Shown here piece after piece: positions 1-44,863 of a stretch of DNA of 64,000 nucleotides. Each line of letters opens with the position of its first letter. Positions within the stretch are counted from its first letter, which is position 1. The position numbers and the translations under genes were made by a program. The stretch comes from Amoebidium appalachense (Eukaryota > Protista > Ichthyosporea). A model generated the notes under the pieces. The model worked only from the letters and a program-made list of their open reading frames with translations. It ran no database searches and was not told where the DNA came from. The stretch lies in contig CAVNZM010000008.1 of assembly GCA_963693365.1 (NCBI GenBank), positions 930,001 to 994,000 on the forward strand. Direction: 5' to 3'.

Positions 1-1053
1 ATTCTGTTCTGTGTGTTTGCCACTATAACTTGGTGTGAAGCAGCGTACTACCGTGTCTGCTCGCGGATGTTTTCAAATCGTTTCTGTGAAAATGTATGTG
101 GGCCTGTCGTCAAAGAGGTCGATAGTAAGGTAGGTACTATGTTGTTGCTAGATTTTAGTGTCGACAGCGTGGATAGGGAGTGCCAGCTTCGAACCAGCAC
201 ACAAACTCCAGAATACGCAAACCGTACATAGGCCCTCCCTCCCTCATGAAGCTCCGTCCCTCCAACCTCTTCTTCCACCTCTCCCTTCCCGACGTTCTGG
301 CAGAGGCGGCCCGGTAGCAATGCAAGGCCTCCTGATCTCCCGCCTTGTAGCAATCCTTATCGGGCCGACGCGGTACAGCCGTAGGTGTAGCTACAGTCTG
401 CAAATGTACAACCCTAAAACTACAGTTTGCAGAATTCAGCCCGAAAAAAAACCAATTTGTGACGTCATTACTCGAGACTACAACAAGGAAGATACCTGCC
501 TAAAAAGGCAGGAGCCTATTTGGTTGGCTAACTCGGCACCACTTCAAACTTTGTCGCCGGCTTGGCTGCTGCCTGGCCGGCGCCCGAAGCTGTGCAGAAA
601 CAGCCGAGCTCGAGACATGTCCTCTGCCTGCCGTAGGAGTGACTCAACTTGAGTGACAGAGTGTGTTGTAAACGTAGACAGCTTAATGGAGAAAGCGAAG
701 TGCATGCGTAGCCTAAAAAGTAGTGATTTTGTTACAACTGGCGCCTAGGTAAAAATACACCCAGCAGCAGCCTCCTTGTTTTGATAGCCTGTGCTATGAA
801 CCATGTGGAGGTGTGATGCTAGGTCTCACAAGCCAAAATGAACTAAGGAGAGCGCTACTACATAACATACGCTGTCGGTTCAGAATAACGTCAATGTTAT
901 GCATAAAGCATTTTTAGTCACGGTGGAATCCTAGTTTTGAAAACACCTAGGGGCAGCCCTCTCCCTTTTCACTGAAGTTTGAGCTCACCCATCCAAGTGC
1001 CCAGGTTCTTATTTTATAACGAGAGTAGCCTTTCAGGCAATCTTCACTTCACC

Positions 1054-9425
<8,372 letters not shown>

Positions 9426-10418
9426 AACCACCATGCAGCATGAACACTGACGAGGGAAAATGAACTGCTTGTAGCAGACAAACAGACACACACATGCGCG
9501 CACATGTGCATGCACACACACGCGCGTGCGCACGCACCAAGACCTATTTGCCACACAGACACGTACACACACCGAGCACTCAATCGCCACACAGACAGAT
9601 GCGGCATTTTTAGTGTCTTTGGGAGTGGTGGGGCAGCCAGTGTGTGTCTTTGAGGAGGGGAGGGGGGGGGGGGGGGGGGGGGGGGGAGGGCTCTTGTTCA
9701 ACTTGATCTTCCTTAACTTTCAGTAGACATGGTATTCTTTATTCTTTAATGGTGGCCATGACATTTAGGGCCTTTCTCTGGCACGCCGCTATGCATCGAT
9801 TGGAGTACAGTAGTCGTGAATTCGAATTGACGCTGTCGATGTTGTGCAATCCTGTATATATGACGTTGAACTGGCATTCCAGAATTTGATATAATAATCC
9901 TCCCTGAATAAATGACAGAAAAGGAAGAAGAAAATGACAGATAGACCTGTCGAAAAAAAAGAAAAGAAAAGAAAAAGAAAAGAAATAATGAAAGAAAGAA
10001 AAGAAAAAAAATGACATGCCAAAGCTTTGCACCACAGTTTCATCACCACCCTTTCCAGTTCTCCCCAGCCATATGCTCCCCCCCCCCCCACCTCGGTGCC
10101 CCCCACTTCCCCAATCTCTCCTCCTTCCCGGCCCCAGGCTCCCTCCGGATCCCTGCCTGAACAAACACCACCCGGCGGCCACCACTGTTTGCGATCTCTG
10201 ACCTGTTCGATCCGATCTGACGCGATTCGGATTCCCGAGGTTCGGGTTACCGACGTCAGGCACTCAGGCATTCCCGTTTTTTTTTTGTTTTTTTTCAACT
10301 CTGCGCAGCCGAGCACGAGGTCTTGCACATAATTACCAGTCACAGGCTGAGTTCGCCACCCTATAGTAGTCAACGCACTCCACACACCCGAAAAATCTTT
10401 CCCGGCCACACCAGCCCT

Positions 10419-11024
10419 ATGCCCCTAGCGCTTTTACAACGTTTCCGCCCTCTCCGTTATTCCCCCACCACCCTTTCCTCCTTGCCACGCCTCTACATTC
10501 TTAAAATGGACTCCTCAACTCTTCGCAGCCTGCAGGCGCCCATCAAGGAAAAATACAAGACCGACCCCTCATCCGCTGTTTTCACACTCAAAGCAGAAGG
10601 AGCCTTGGATGACCAAAACATAGCCTGCAAACTCTCCACCGGGAAGGCGATGAAAATTGCCGGACTACACCCGGCCACGGGGGGCACGGGGGGGGACCTG
10701 TGCTCTGGTGATATGCTGCTGGAGGCCCTGGTGGCGTGTGCGGGGGTAACCTTAAAGGCGGTGGCAACGGCCATGGACATACAAGTCAAGAGTGGCATAG
10801 TGCAGGCGGAGGGGGACTTGGACTTTAAGGGCACCCTGGGGGTGGATAAGAACGCACCCGTCGGGTTTACAACCATCCGCCTGAAGTTCAAACTGGAGAG
10901 TGATGCGCCGCAGGAGAAACTGGACAAGTTGATACAGCTGACCGAGCGCTACTGCGTCATATACCAGACACTCAACAATAGACCAGACCTGCAGTCGGCT
11001 CTGGAGGTGACCAGGCCAGAGTAA
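10419..11024 (+). CDS. OsmC/Ohr-family organic hydroperoxide peroxidase-like protein, intronless, with probable mitochondrial presequence
   Basis: Single ORF with the OsmC-family motifs AGLHPATGGTGGDLCSGDMLLEALVACAGVTL, GDLDFKGTLGV and LTERYCVIYQTL (two catalytic-type Cys). The ATG at 10419 gives an R/S/L-rich leader with no acidic residues; a second in-frame ATG at 10506 starts the core domain. Confidence 0.9.
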   Translation: MPLALLQRFRPLRYSPTTLSSLPRLYILKMDSSTLRSLQAPIKEKYKTDPSSAVFTLKAEGALDDQNIACKLSTGKAMKIAGLHPATGGTGGDLCSGDMLLEALVACAGVTLKAVATAMDIQVKSGIVQAEGDLDFKGTLGVDKNAPVGFTTIRLKFKLESDAPQEKLDKLIQLTERYCVIYQTLNNRPDLQSALEVTRPE

Positions 11025-13558
11025 GGGGGCGGGAGTGGTCGTGTATTTTATGCATTTATTTTTTATTTTTTATTTTTTATTTTTAGGTGGGGGGGAGGAG
11101 GGGAGGGGAGGGGAGAATATCCACGTTTGGCTACGTAGAGCTGGGTACCTGTGCGCAGGAAGCTTGGGCTAAAGGGGCTACTGTGGAGTGCTGTAGGAGA
11201 GTGACTAGGGTGACTCAGTCTGTACCGAATAACCTTGTGGCGTAGTAATGGAGCTGGCCTCACTTGTAGGAGTAAACGGTGCTTCAAAAGCGAATACACC
11301 TTTTGCACTCGAATAGCCCTCATTTGTTCTCTTTAACACTCCACCACTTTTTTCTGATGATTCTCTCCCTCTCTATTTCTTTTGCATCGTTTCCCCTCCT
11401 GTCTACATGAGACCCCAGTCACCCCACAGTGTGTGCTCAGTTTTGGAAAATAACAAAAAGGACTTCAAATAGGTCGTCGACTGTGTGACGTATGGCAAAC
11501 GACCGTGTTCGGGGAAGGGGGTGGGGGGGTGGGGGTGGGGAGGGAAGGGGATTTCCCAGGGAAAGGGGAGGGAGGTGGGCCCGGGAAGAGTGAAGATGGA
11601 GAAGGGGAAAGGGGGGAAGACTGTTTGTGTGTGTGAGAGGGGGGGGGGGGGGGGGGGGGGGCAAGGACGAGGCCACTCTTGTGCATGGCATGAAGGAATG
11701 CCAGTAAGTTGCTAAACTCAACCACATAACTGCCCAATGTAAGCTTTTGAGAGACTGGCGGATTTCTTGGTTACCCTCTCTTTCGTGGGTGGTGAAACAC
11801 AACGGGAGGCGACCGTGGGTATGTGGGTACCACCGAAGCACCAGCTGCCATATGCATGAGTTGCACAAGCTCTCAGACTGGTCACAGTTTGAAGTGTTGG
11901 AGATACAGGGGAGGCGGAAAGAGAGAATCTCAGAGAGAGAGAGAGAGAGGGGAGGGGGGGAGGGGGACGAGAGGGAGAGAAAGGGGGGGGGGGGGGGGGG
12001 GGGGGGGGGGAGAGAGAGAGGGAGGGAGAGCAGGTAATTCCAATATCATGATCGTGTTGTGATCATGCGCTTGCATGACGGCTTAACACAACTCGAGTGC
12101 AGGGGGGAGGAAATAGTGCCCAGCTGATTGCAAAACACAGGGCCCATGAACGGCCAGACAGCTGCTGCACATGGCAGCTGCAGGGCAGGAAAATTCACGA
12201 GCGTGAATTATGCGCACAGATCTAAGACAAGGCCGAAAACTTGCCTCCACAGTACCTAGCTATATGGCTTGTGCATACTTTTACCTGGGAGTTACCTTCT
12301 AGAAGACACGCAGCTGTCACAGAGCTCTGTCACGGTGTGGTATGCCACGGTACGTGCACTTTACATGCGCAGCGAACTGTGCTCGAGCGTACCGTGGCAG
12401 CATCAGGTGGGTGACTTGTATGCACATACAGCACAGCACACCCTTCAATCTCCTCTGCTGAAATTGTGTAGGTGCGAGCCAACCCTGCTTGCCCCCGGTA
12501 TCGGTGCACGTTTTCTTTTGTCCCGTCCCAATGTGAAAAAAGGAATAAACGCGTCTAAGGTCATGGGCCGTGCACATGTGAACAATTGTCCTTCTGCCGT
12601 GACTGTAGGCACATGTACGTACGCTGTGCCTGTACAAAACAAGACCACCTGAGCAGACTTAGGTCAAAGAGGGTTTCCGGATAGCATCCGTAGCGTAGCC
12701 GTAGCTTAGAGCCTTACCACGAGCTCAATGGCCTGTGGTCACGGCCCGTGCAGCCGCTGCCAAACTCTATGCATATGCATGCATCACAGTGCTGAGGCTG
12801 TTGCGTGACTGTGGGCTGGCCGAAAGCAAGAGGCCTGTGTGATTATGAAGGAGTTTCTCGGAGAGGCCTGGTCAGTGGTCCGAGACCAGAATTCATGACA
12901 TGGGGTCGCCTAAACGCGAAACTTAGGAATGCAGGTATACGCTTGAAGCCCAAATAAAGAAGGTATACCACCAAATATAGTAAATCTAGGGTGCTATGTA
13001 AACCAATAAGATGTTTTGTTTTTCGGATCTGATTGGCTCCTCCTTGCCGTTTAGTTGGTTAGCTAATCAGGATTCATCCAATGTGATGATTGGGTAAGCA
13101 GTTGTGCGGTCTTGTGATATGATTGGGTCTGACTCTGGTTGCGTTACGGGTAGCGCACAACAACCGACCACAAGACTGTGCACTTGCCGGCCTTGCGTCG
13201 ACAAAAAGATACTCGTACACTGTACACTCCTGGCCAGAGACTTCAGGAAAATACAATACATTTTTTTTTCCCATTTCTGCGCTAAATAGGTTTCTTTTCT
13301 GGCCCTAGGCTTCTCTTCTCTTCTGGTTCGTTTTGTCAAATCTTGAAAGCACGTGAAGGCCTACGCAACCAAGCTGACAAGAGAAGGAAAAATCACACGG
13401 TCCCAAATATCGAGCAGTTTTGTGTCTAAGGTTCGTAGGGGCATGTACAAGTAAACTAAACAACCATAGACCTATTCTTCTTCTATCCTTTCAACCCATC
13501 GCTTAAGTAATTACCTATAGCACGCAAGGCATCTCAAAGCTCCGTTGCATCTTTGAAG

Positions 13559-15303
13559 ATGGAAGAGTACAACAGGAAGTTAAAGGATGAAGGGGGCTCA
13601 CCGGTCGTAGACCGCATAGCCATAGACTGTAAGTGTGCCCATGTTGGCTTTGGCTGGGACGATGCCATGTGCAACAAACACATGGAAGTGCGCTCATTTG
13701 CTTAGCTTAGAGCTGGCTTTGGCATAATGTTTTCTGTAAGGTGGAAGCATCCTGCTCGTTTTCTTGGCCTTGCTCGAGTGCGCAGATTCTGAAGCGAAGG
13801 AAAGGCGCAACAACACAGGTTACAGTGCATCATCTTGGCTGCGCTGCGTTTATTGGTTCCTCTGCTTTTTTGGCAGGATCGTCCGCGCACTGTTCGTTTT
13901 TCATGGCTGTGCAGTCACACACAAAGGCTGTTAACACTTACCTCGTTCAAACGGTTATGTGATTAGCACTAACACCCGCTATTTCAGATGTTGACGCACC
14001 GCCACTGGACCGCTTCCACCTTTTAAAGGTGTCGTTTGTGCTGCAGGCAGTGGGCATGCTTGTGCCCTGGAACGCCTTCATCACCATCACCAGCTACTGG
14101 TCAGCCAAGCTCGAGGGGTCGAGGTTTTACGGCAACTACATGAACTACTTTACATTCATCAACTGCGGGGTGTTCCTTATTTCTTCGTTTATCTTCTCGC
14201 GAGTACAGCACCGCCTGAGTCTCTACACACGCGTCTTGGTGCCTCTTTTTGGCAATATTATTCTGTTTACGGCCTGCCTCGTTTTCACCTTCACTCCGGG
14301 GGTGAGCGGTGATGTCTTCTTCTACATTACCATTGTTATTGTGGCTCTGGCAGCAGTATGCAATACATACGTCACAGCGTTTCTTCCCAATGTCTACACG
14401 CTAGTGACGGTTCAGGGGGAGGCCTGGGCCGGTCTTGCTGTCTCCATCGTCAATGTTGTTGCGATCGTACTTAGCGCCAGTGTGATTGACGCAGCAAAAG
14501 TGTTCTTCATTCTGGCCGTGGGTGTGCTTGTGGTGTGTTTCTTCTCGTACATTCTCATAGTCAGCTCCAAGTTCGTCAAGCACTGGCACAAGTACCACAT
14601 GTCCGCCTCCAGCCGTGCCGTCTACCCCAACTCTGCCCCGGCCACCTTTGTTGGCCCATCAACGTCCACCGCAGAAAAATTCCTGTATGACGACACACAG
14701 GTTACATGGGCCACGTGGTTCCGGGTATTCTGGGCGGTTCTCCCACTTTCTCTTGCTATTTTCTACAATTTTGTGGTAACCCTGGCCATTTTCCCTGTTG
14801 TGCCAATGATGATTGTGCCCTTGACAGACCCCGGCACGAATGCGGTGTGGTCACGCTTCTGGGGGGATCTATGGGTCCCAATTTACGTGTTTGTGTTCTT
14901 CAACATAGGCGACCTTTTGGCACGTATGATTGGTCCCTTCCTGAAAATTCCCCGCTGGCCCGTCCTGCCCGTTGCCCTCCTACGTACGGCGTTTCTTCCC
15001 CTCTTCCTTTTCTGCAACGTGAAATGTTGGGACCCAAAGACCGCGGCATTCGTCAGCTCGAAACTTCCGGATGTTTTCATGCATGACGCCTACCCAATCA
15101 CGTGGATGTTTTTGCTGTCGTTCACCAATGGATACACGTATCAGATGGCCATGAACCACGCAGCAGACTCTGTTGTGGGCAAGGAGAGACCCGTAGCCAA
15201 TAGTATTTGTCAGACACTGATGGTGTTTGGGTTTGCAATAGGTACTATGGCGTCGTTTGGCGTGAAGTGGTTGAACTGTGGGGGGAACCCGTTTTTGTAC
15301 TAA
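13559..15303 (+). CDS. Equilibrative nucleoside transporter (ENT/SLC29 family), ~461 aa, 2 exons
   Basis: Exons 13559-13628 (GTAAGT donor, phase 1) and 13988-15303 (TTTCAG acceptor). Family motifs PPLDRF...GMLVPWNAFIT, VTLAIFP, FNIGDLLAR, LRTAFLPLFLFCN and SFTNGY; many hydrophobic transmembrane segments. Exon 1 is less certain than exon 2. Confidence 0.92.
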
Positions 15304-15733
15304 ACGCAAATAATTCTTCCAGCTCTTATATATACAAATTTTTGACGCATTTAAGATATTAACATAAAAATTGTGTGGATGGTGGCCCAAGGGGATTTTT
15401 TATTATATGCATAGCTTGTACACACCATCCATTTTTTTATCTTGTTCCTTGCTAGGCTTTTCAGCCTTGGTGACTAATGAGAATTCCCTGGGTTTTTTAC
15501 GAGTTGCATGTAGCTGTTGTTCGCTCCGTGGTTTTTGGCGTTTTCCAATTTTCCTTTCTTCTAGACATAGCTGTCTTTCCTTCTTTTAGTTTGATTGTTT
15601 TCTGCACGCGCTGTTGAATGAGATTAATCCTGACCTAAAGACTTGCAGCTTCCGGCGGGGTTTGGGCGTTGGCGCAGGGGGAAGGGGGGTTGCATATATA
15701 GGCTCTTGTTATGTGAGTGTATCCTTTTTTGTT

Positions 15734-15770
<37 letters not shown>

Positions 15771-16739
15771 ATTATAAATCATGTGAATCTGTAGCTGCTA
15801 TGCATACACACCATATGATAGATGGGTGGCTGCATAGCCACATGATGCAAACCCTTTTATTGCATGATTAGTCAGGTTCGATCAACTAGGCATCCATATA
15901 ACAATACAACTCCTTTTCCATATATATACATATGTTCGATCGTGCATCCACACCCCACCATGCAACAGGCGGCGGTAGAGTATTCCCCAGTGAGCTCGAG
16001 TGACAACTGACAGGCCACAATGCATGTATCATTCCGTGGTCCTGAAGTCAGCACGGCCCAGTAAAATATTCATGCTGAATCATGCAAGTATATGGTTGAG
16101 GAATTTTCATGGTAGTATACTATTTCCACTGCACAGGCCATACATCTGTGCACCCCACAGCCCTATGAGGCACCATATCATGTGACCTTCTAGCTGCCAG
16201 CACAACCAGAATAGCAACTGTATGTTTGTCATTTCTTGGCATCAGGTTTTTGTTATGTCTGGCCCGCAGACACGCGTAAAACGTCTAGATCTACATGTTT
16301 CAGAAAATGCCCCTTCGAGTACAAGAGTACTAGTAATCACATTATGAACCTGTAAATGCACCATTCGATAAAAAACCTTCAACTTCCTCGATCATGTACC
16401 TAACTCTCCCCCTCGTAATCCCCCCCCCCCCCCCCCCCCCCCCACACACACACAAACAAACACACAAACACACAAACATGTGTGTAACACGCAACCACCA
16501 CTTGGATGCCTCGCCTACTAGCCTACTCTTGCATAAGGGTGAGGCAAGGCTCAAGCTCTCGAAAGAAAACGTCTGATGCTGCAGGCAGATATATCATTCC
16601 TAATCAAGCAGATAATACGTTATACTGTGGCATGCACGTGCTCATATCCCAACATTCGCCTGTGCCTGTGCGCATGAACACCATGTGTGCAGTATGTAGC
16701 ACGTGCATGCCATTTTGTGTGCACGTGTGGCCCAGCCAA

Positions 16740-29269
<12,530 letters not shown>

Positions 29270-31249
29270 GTTGAAATAGTTCTGGCTCAGGTACGCACAC
29301 AGTGACCTGGTGTTTGCTCGTCGGACGTGGACCCGCTCTGAACTTTGGGGTGTACCCCTTGGTTGCGTGGCCCCTAAAATAACATGTAAGCTCCGTAGAG
29401 TTGTAATACCCTACAGCGGGCACATGCACATGTGCTTCTAGTTGTGACCTTGATATTCTGTGCACTTACTTGGCAACACTCGCGCTTGCAACGCTGGCGC
29501 TGTATTAAACATATTTTCCGATGCTAGCGTATATATATACTCTCTATTATATTTGTACATAATTATTAATATAGATAAAAGAAAACATGACCCTGGAATA
29601 AGAGTAGAGTAAGAAATATACTTAGACATGAAAGAGGGATGGGATAGAGGGAAAAGAGAAGAGAAGAGAGGAATTATCGCCTCGGACTCCCCCTGAAGTG
29701 CTGTAGATGTCATGCTACAAGTCCAAAACACTAAAAATAATTAATATGTAAGTATCTACGGGTTGTCAAGTCTAGGTTGCTTACGCGGTCGATTTTTGGC
29801 TATTTTCTTTGCAATTAGTTGATTGGTAAGTGCGAATAGACTACTTCGGCCAAATTTGGGCTCGTATTTCATGTCCTGGGGTCCCCCGGACCGACCCCCC
29901 CCCCCCGGCAGCTGCTGCTGCGGCCCCGGGGCCCGTGGCACAAGGCTTACTGCAGTGAAAAGCAAAACTTTCTAGACTTGGAACGGATCACCCAAGAAAA
30001 AAAAGCACAAAAAAAAAAAAAAAAGGAACTTTCACACTTCAGTAAACGATAGCCCCATGTTGTAGTGAGTCCCAGCCCCCCCCCCCCCCCCCTCCCCCCC
30101 TCCCCCCCCCCCCCCCCCCCTCCTCCTCTAGCTCGCTTTCTCTCTTTATAGTGCACTCTCTCTCTCTCTCAGTCCATGCACACACACACCAGCACGTGCA
30201 CACGAGTAAGTCTTGACAATGTGTGGTTAAGACAGGTTTATTTCAACAGTCTGAACAGTTACCGTAGTAGGTGCAAATATCCCTGTATTGCAATTGTCTG
30301 ATAATAATTATTCGGATCATGCAAGTAATATAAAATCTGCAGTCGGGTCCAGGTCAAGGCGGGGGGGAGAAGGGGTGGGGGTGGGGGGCTCACGTATTAC
30401 TACTTCTTGAAGTTCGAGCACAAGTTCGAGCACTCTTGAGAAGGGCCACCATCCCAAATTGTTAACAATTCGAATACAGAAGATTCTCAAATATTTTTAT
30501 TTCTTCACACATGACTTTCCCAATCATACAAAAACTCTACCACCTACTGAGGCGGTGTCTCCTTTTTTTTTTTTTTTTTTTTTAGATGTAAAAAACGTCG
30601 CACGTGCGGCAACACGTCAGTACGTGTTAGACAAAAACTGTACACGTACGTCTACGTACAAACTCCAAACGGCAGCTTAAATAGTTTTTATGCTAGTAGA
30701 AATCGATCAGCATCATAATTAAATGCTCGCTTGCGCCTGCATGCATGCACACGTGATGACGCAACGGGGGCTTGGCCACCTTTTCCGGAGGGCTATATAC
30801 ACGCCATCAATACGCAAAGGACAACCTAGCACAGCAGAAGGCCATTCGGGTCACAGTGGCACCACAATTTGATACAGTAGCGCCACGAAAATATATGGAT
30901 ACAGCAGGGTGGGGATACTGAGTAAAGGGCATATGTGGGGGCCAGAAGCAGCAAGCACACTGTAGATGTGTATTACGAGATTGTGACACCAGTGCTGCTG
31001 CTCGACCTGAACAGTCAAATCTTCAATAATCAAGTCAAAATTTTCATTGACCTTCCTCTAGTCCCTTGATCTTAACACCACCCAAATGGAATTAATTCGG
31101 CCAACTGTCTGAGAGTGACATAACTGAAACGCAAATTGGCAGGCCAATAGCTGACATGAGCACCGACAGATTCCACGGTCCATTCTGCTGCCATAGTTTT
31201 GGCTATGCCCCAAGGTCCCTGGGCAAACCTGTGTGTACGTGTGTGTGTC

Positions 31250-31325
<76 letters not shown>

Positions 31326-32526
31326 CGCGCGCGCGTGTGGTTGCGGCCACAAGCCCATGGCGCGCGTACACGCGCGTGTGTGTGTTTATGTGCGTGTGTG
31401 CGTGTGTATATGCGCGCGCACGTGTGTGTGAGTGTGAGGTGTATGTGTTAGATGTCTGTCTGTGTGTGTGTGTGTGTGGTGTGTGTGTGGAGGTGCCTGT
31501 GTGTGTGTGTATGGGTGGGTGTGGTTGTCAACTTGTGTGCAAGGGTGTGTGCGTCCTCCCCCATCCCTTCTCCCCCCTCCCCCCCCCCCCCACCCCCTTC
31601 TCAAATCACACACACAGATACTGAATCATCCACCCCCCCCCCCCCCCCCCCCCCCCTTTCCCCACAACTCCCCTCTCTTACACATACAGATACCGGATGC
31701 CCCCCCCCCCCTCCTCCCCACCTTCCCACCCACACGTACAAAGAAAAACTATAAAAAAACCCCCGAAATAATTGAAAAGAGAAGAAAAGCGGCAACCAAG
31801 AACACAAATTTACACACCACACAAATGCTCATTTTTGGGCACATTATACTGAACTTCTGAGGACCGTGGTGCCGGTGGTGGTGATGGTTGGTGCCATCCT
31901 TCAATTCGGGTTCTAAGCCGGAAGAAACGGGCGCAAGCAATGACTACCGTTTGCGCGTCGCATCTGAAGGGCGACGGTGGACTTGAGCGCAGACACATAA
32001 TCCGAAAACCCCTGCCGTTTTGCACTTCGATCTGCAATGAAAAATGCTCAGTGTCCTCTTGGACTGAGCTTACACCCCCATCTCCCCTTGTCATCACCCG
32101 TTCTACTGAAAATCCCCCCCCCCCTCCCCCCCCCCCCCCCCTCCCTCTCCCCTTCTAACGTACACATACATACGCACACGCACACGCACACGCACACGCA
32201 CACGCACGCACACCCTCCCCTCCCTACGCACGCACGCATGCGCGCACACACGCACGCGCGCACACACACGCACACACGCACGCGCGCACACTCGCACGCA
32301 CACACACACGCACACGCGCGCACACATGCACACACGCATGCTCGCACACACACAACATACCGTAATGAGTGCAACACCTATGCACCAAGAAATCCTTCCC
32401 ATGCCAGCCACTGCCAGCCAAGGAAAGGTAAAAGTTTATCTAATCACCGATGACATCCACACTCGTTCATTGAACACCAGTTCAACATATTTGCCCTCAA
32501 AAAACACCTCGTCCCCCCCCCCTCCC

Positions 32527-32588
<62 letters not shown>

Positions 32589-33378
32589 GAAAGAAAGAAA
32601 GAAAGAAAGAAAAAAAGACAAAATAAACAAATAAACAAATAAGCAAATAAACAAACAAATAAATAAAATAATAGAAATCTTTGAACTCCTCGTTTTCATT
32701 TAGCCGCAGCCATTGTCAGATTTCTCACCGTGACATTGTTTTCAAATTACACTCCCCGGTGCTGCACAACAAGAATAATCAAATATATTAACCTTACATG
32801 TACCCTGTACATGCAATGTCAACCTTGTGCTATTCATAGTAGCTACAACACATGATAAGGTGGCCGGTGACAAATAAACAGAGCAATATGAGCATGACCG
32901 TTTCAACAGAACTATATTTAGTAGGTGTGCTCATTCACACTGGATGTTTCTTCGATGCCCATAATCATTCTTAATCTCTTCGGACCGGCACTAATTGATT
33001 TGGCCGGCAACCGGCCAGCTCTAATCAGCTCTAAACAAATCTATTGTGACTCAAAAGCGATAGAAAGAGCTTCAAGAATTTGAAGATCGATACACGTTTA
33101 TGTATTACCTACATAAGTTTCTAAGTTGGTTTGTGGAAAATATCATTATTTCGTACCCTTTTGTATATGTTGCTGTGTTTCTGAAGTGACTATCTATGGA
33201 TTTGGCCGGTATGAACAGGTCAAATTCGATATCAAAAAGTTGGCCCCTGGCACTCCATATATAGCTCTGATAGCCAGACTCTGCAGCGGTTTTGGCCAAA
33301 CCAAGGTACCTCAGTCAAGCTAAATCTGTGACTGCATACTTGAATCATTTTAAAGCGGTTGAAACTAAATTGGCCTTT

Positions 33379-43473
<10,095 letters not shown>

Positions 43474-44863
43474 TATGGTGGCTAGGCAGCACCAAATGTC
43501 ACTGATTTAACGGTGTGAGGAGGGAAAGCTGATGCTAAATTCAGCCTAAATGTATATGAGAGTAAACTAAACCATTTCTAGACTCTACTATTTAGTTTGT
43601 TTCGACATTTCATTGAATGCGATGTGATAGCCTGTGAAGGTGTGACAATTTTGCTGGAGCCAAACACAGCCACAGACGTGCACCTTGCAGAGTAAACGGC
43701 GTCAAACCTTGGAACATTGGGCCTGAGTTACTATTTCAAATGAAAATAGAGTGGTTTTCTACAGTGTACCAGGAATGTACACGCAGCTTGTGTCTGTGTA
43801 TGTGCTCAATACTGCCTGCCTGACCGTGTATGGAGTAGTATGTTTGGCTTTGCCTCAATTTTTTTTTTTTTTTTTTTTTTTGACAAACATACATGCTTTA
43901 CGTCGCTGCCGTTTAAGTGGCTAAAACAGCACCAAAAAAAAAAACTCCTCATAACCCTAACAGGATATATACACTGAATGCTGTTGAAAAAAACGAAGCA
44001 GGAACCAAACAACTCAATGAAACTAAAACAAACCTGCCGGCCGTGGTTCAACAGTGACAGGCGCACACATTGCATTTGGCAATGATTGCGCTTGCTGTTG
44101 GGGCGAGGTAACGTGACATGATTCAACACGATATCAACGACAGAATTCTACAACAAACCTCAGCAGAGAACATGAATTTCAACTATAATTTTGATAACTA
44201 TTCAGTTAAAGCATTTTTATATAACAATCTTACTTTGCTAACTTAACATATTAAAAATTCGTATGAAACTTCGGGTTGTGAAAAGGATATATCGTAGAAC
44301 TGGCTAGGCATTTTGCCTCCCTTATGAGAATTACTCTGCCGTTATAGTATCGTGATAGATAATCAATCGTAAAGCAGTTTTAGTTTGGATCGTAATCTGA
44401 ATAGAGGCCCTTCGAAGATACGAAAGCCAATCATGTTTGTGGTAGATGGGCCAAGCCTTGCCGGCAGAATCACCAGTCACCGGGCGTCAAAAGTATGGGC
44501 ACCACTCTCGGGCAGGCTCACGATTCGGGTCATGGTTCATTCATCGAGCTGTCATGATAAACATCTTTTTAGGTATTACAAGTAACAAAAAACGTATACA
44601 TAAATAAAATTAAAAAAATTTAAAAGAGCAATGAGCAAAATATGTAGGATATCTGGAATCAAATTTAGTAAACATTTCAAGTTTTTAGGTGGCATTAGAT
44701 CGGGTCACATGGGGTATGACTCGAATCGATTGAATTTCTGTGACGTAATCATTTTGCCACCTATTTATTCGTCAAACGCACCCAACTTTCCAATAAATCC
44801 AGTCATAAGAAAAAACTTTCCAAGTCAAAAAAAAAAGTGAAAACGGAACGAAGTCTTACGAGT

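Noticed and set aside
158-652. 164-aa ORF at the window start
   Set aside because: GTG start and no recognisable domain; the region looks like promoter sequence (TGACGTCA, ATTGG) upstream of the ankyrin gene.
30193-30755. Three CACGTG E-boxes upstream of the bHLH gene (possible autoregulation)
   Set aside because: CACGTG is very common throughout this CA/GT-rich window, so there is no evident enrichment.
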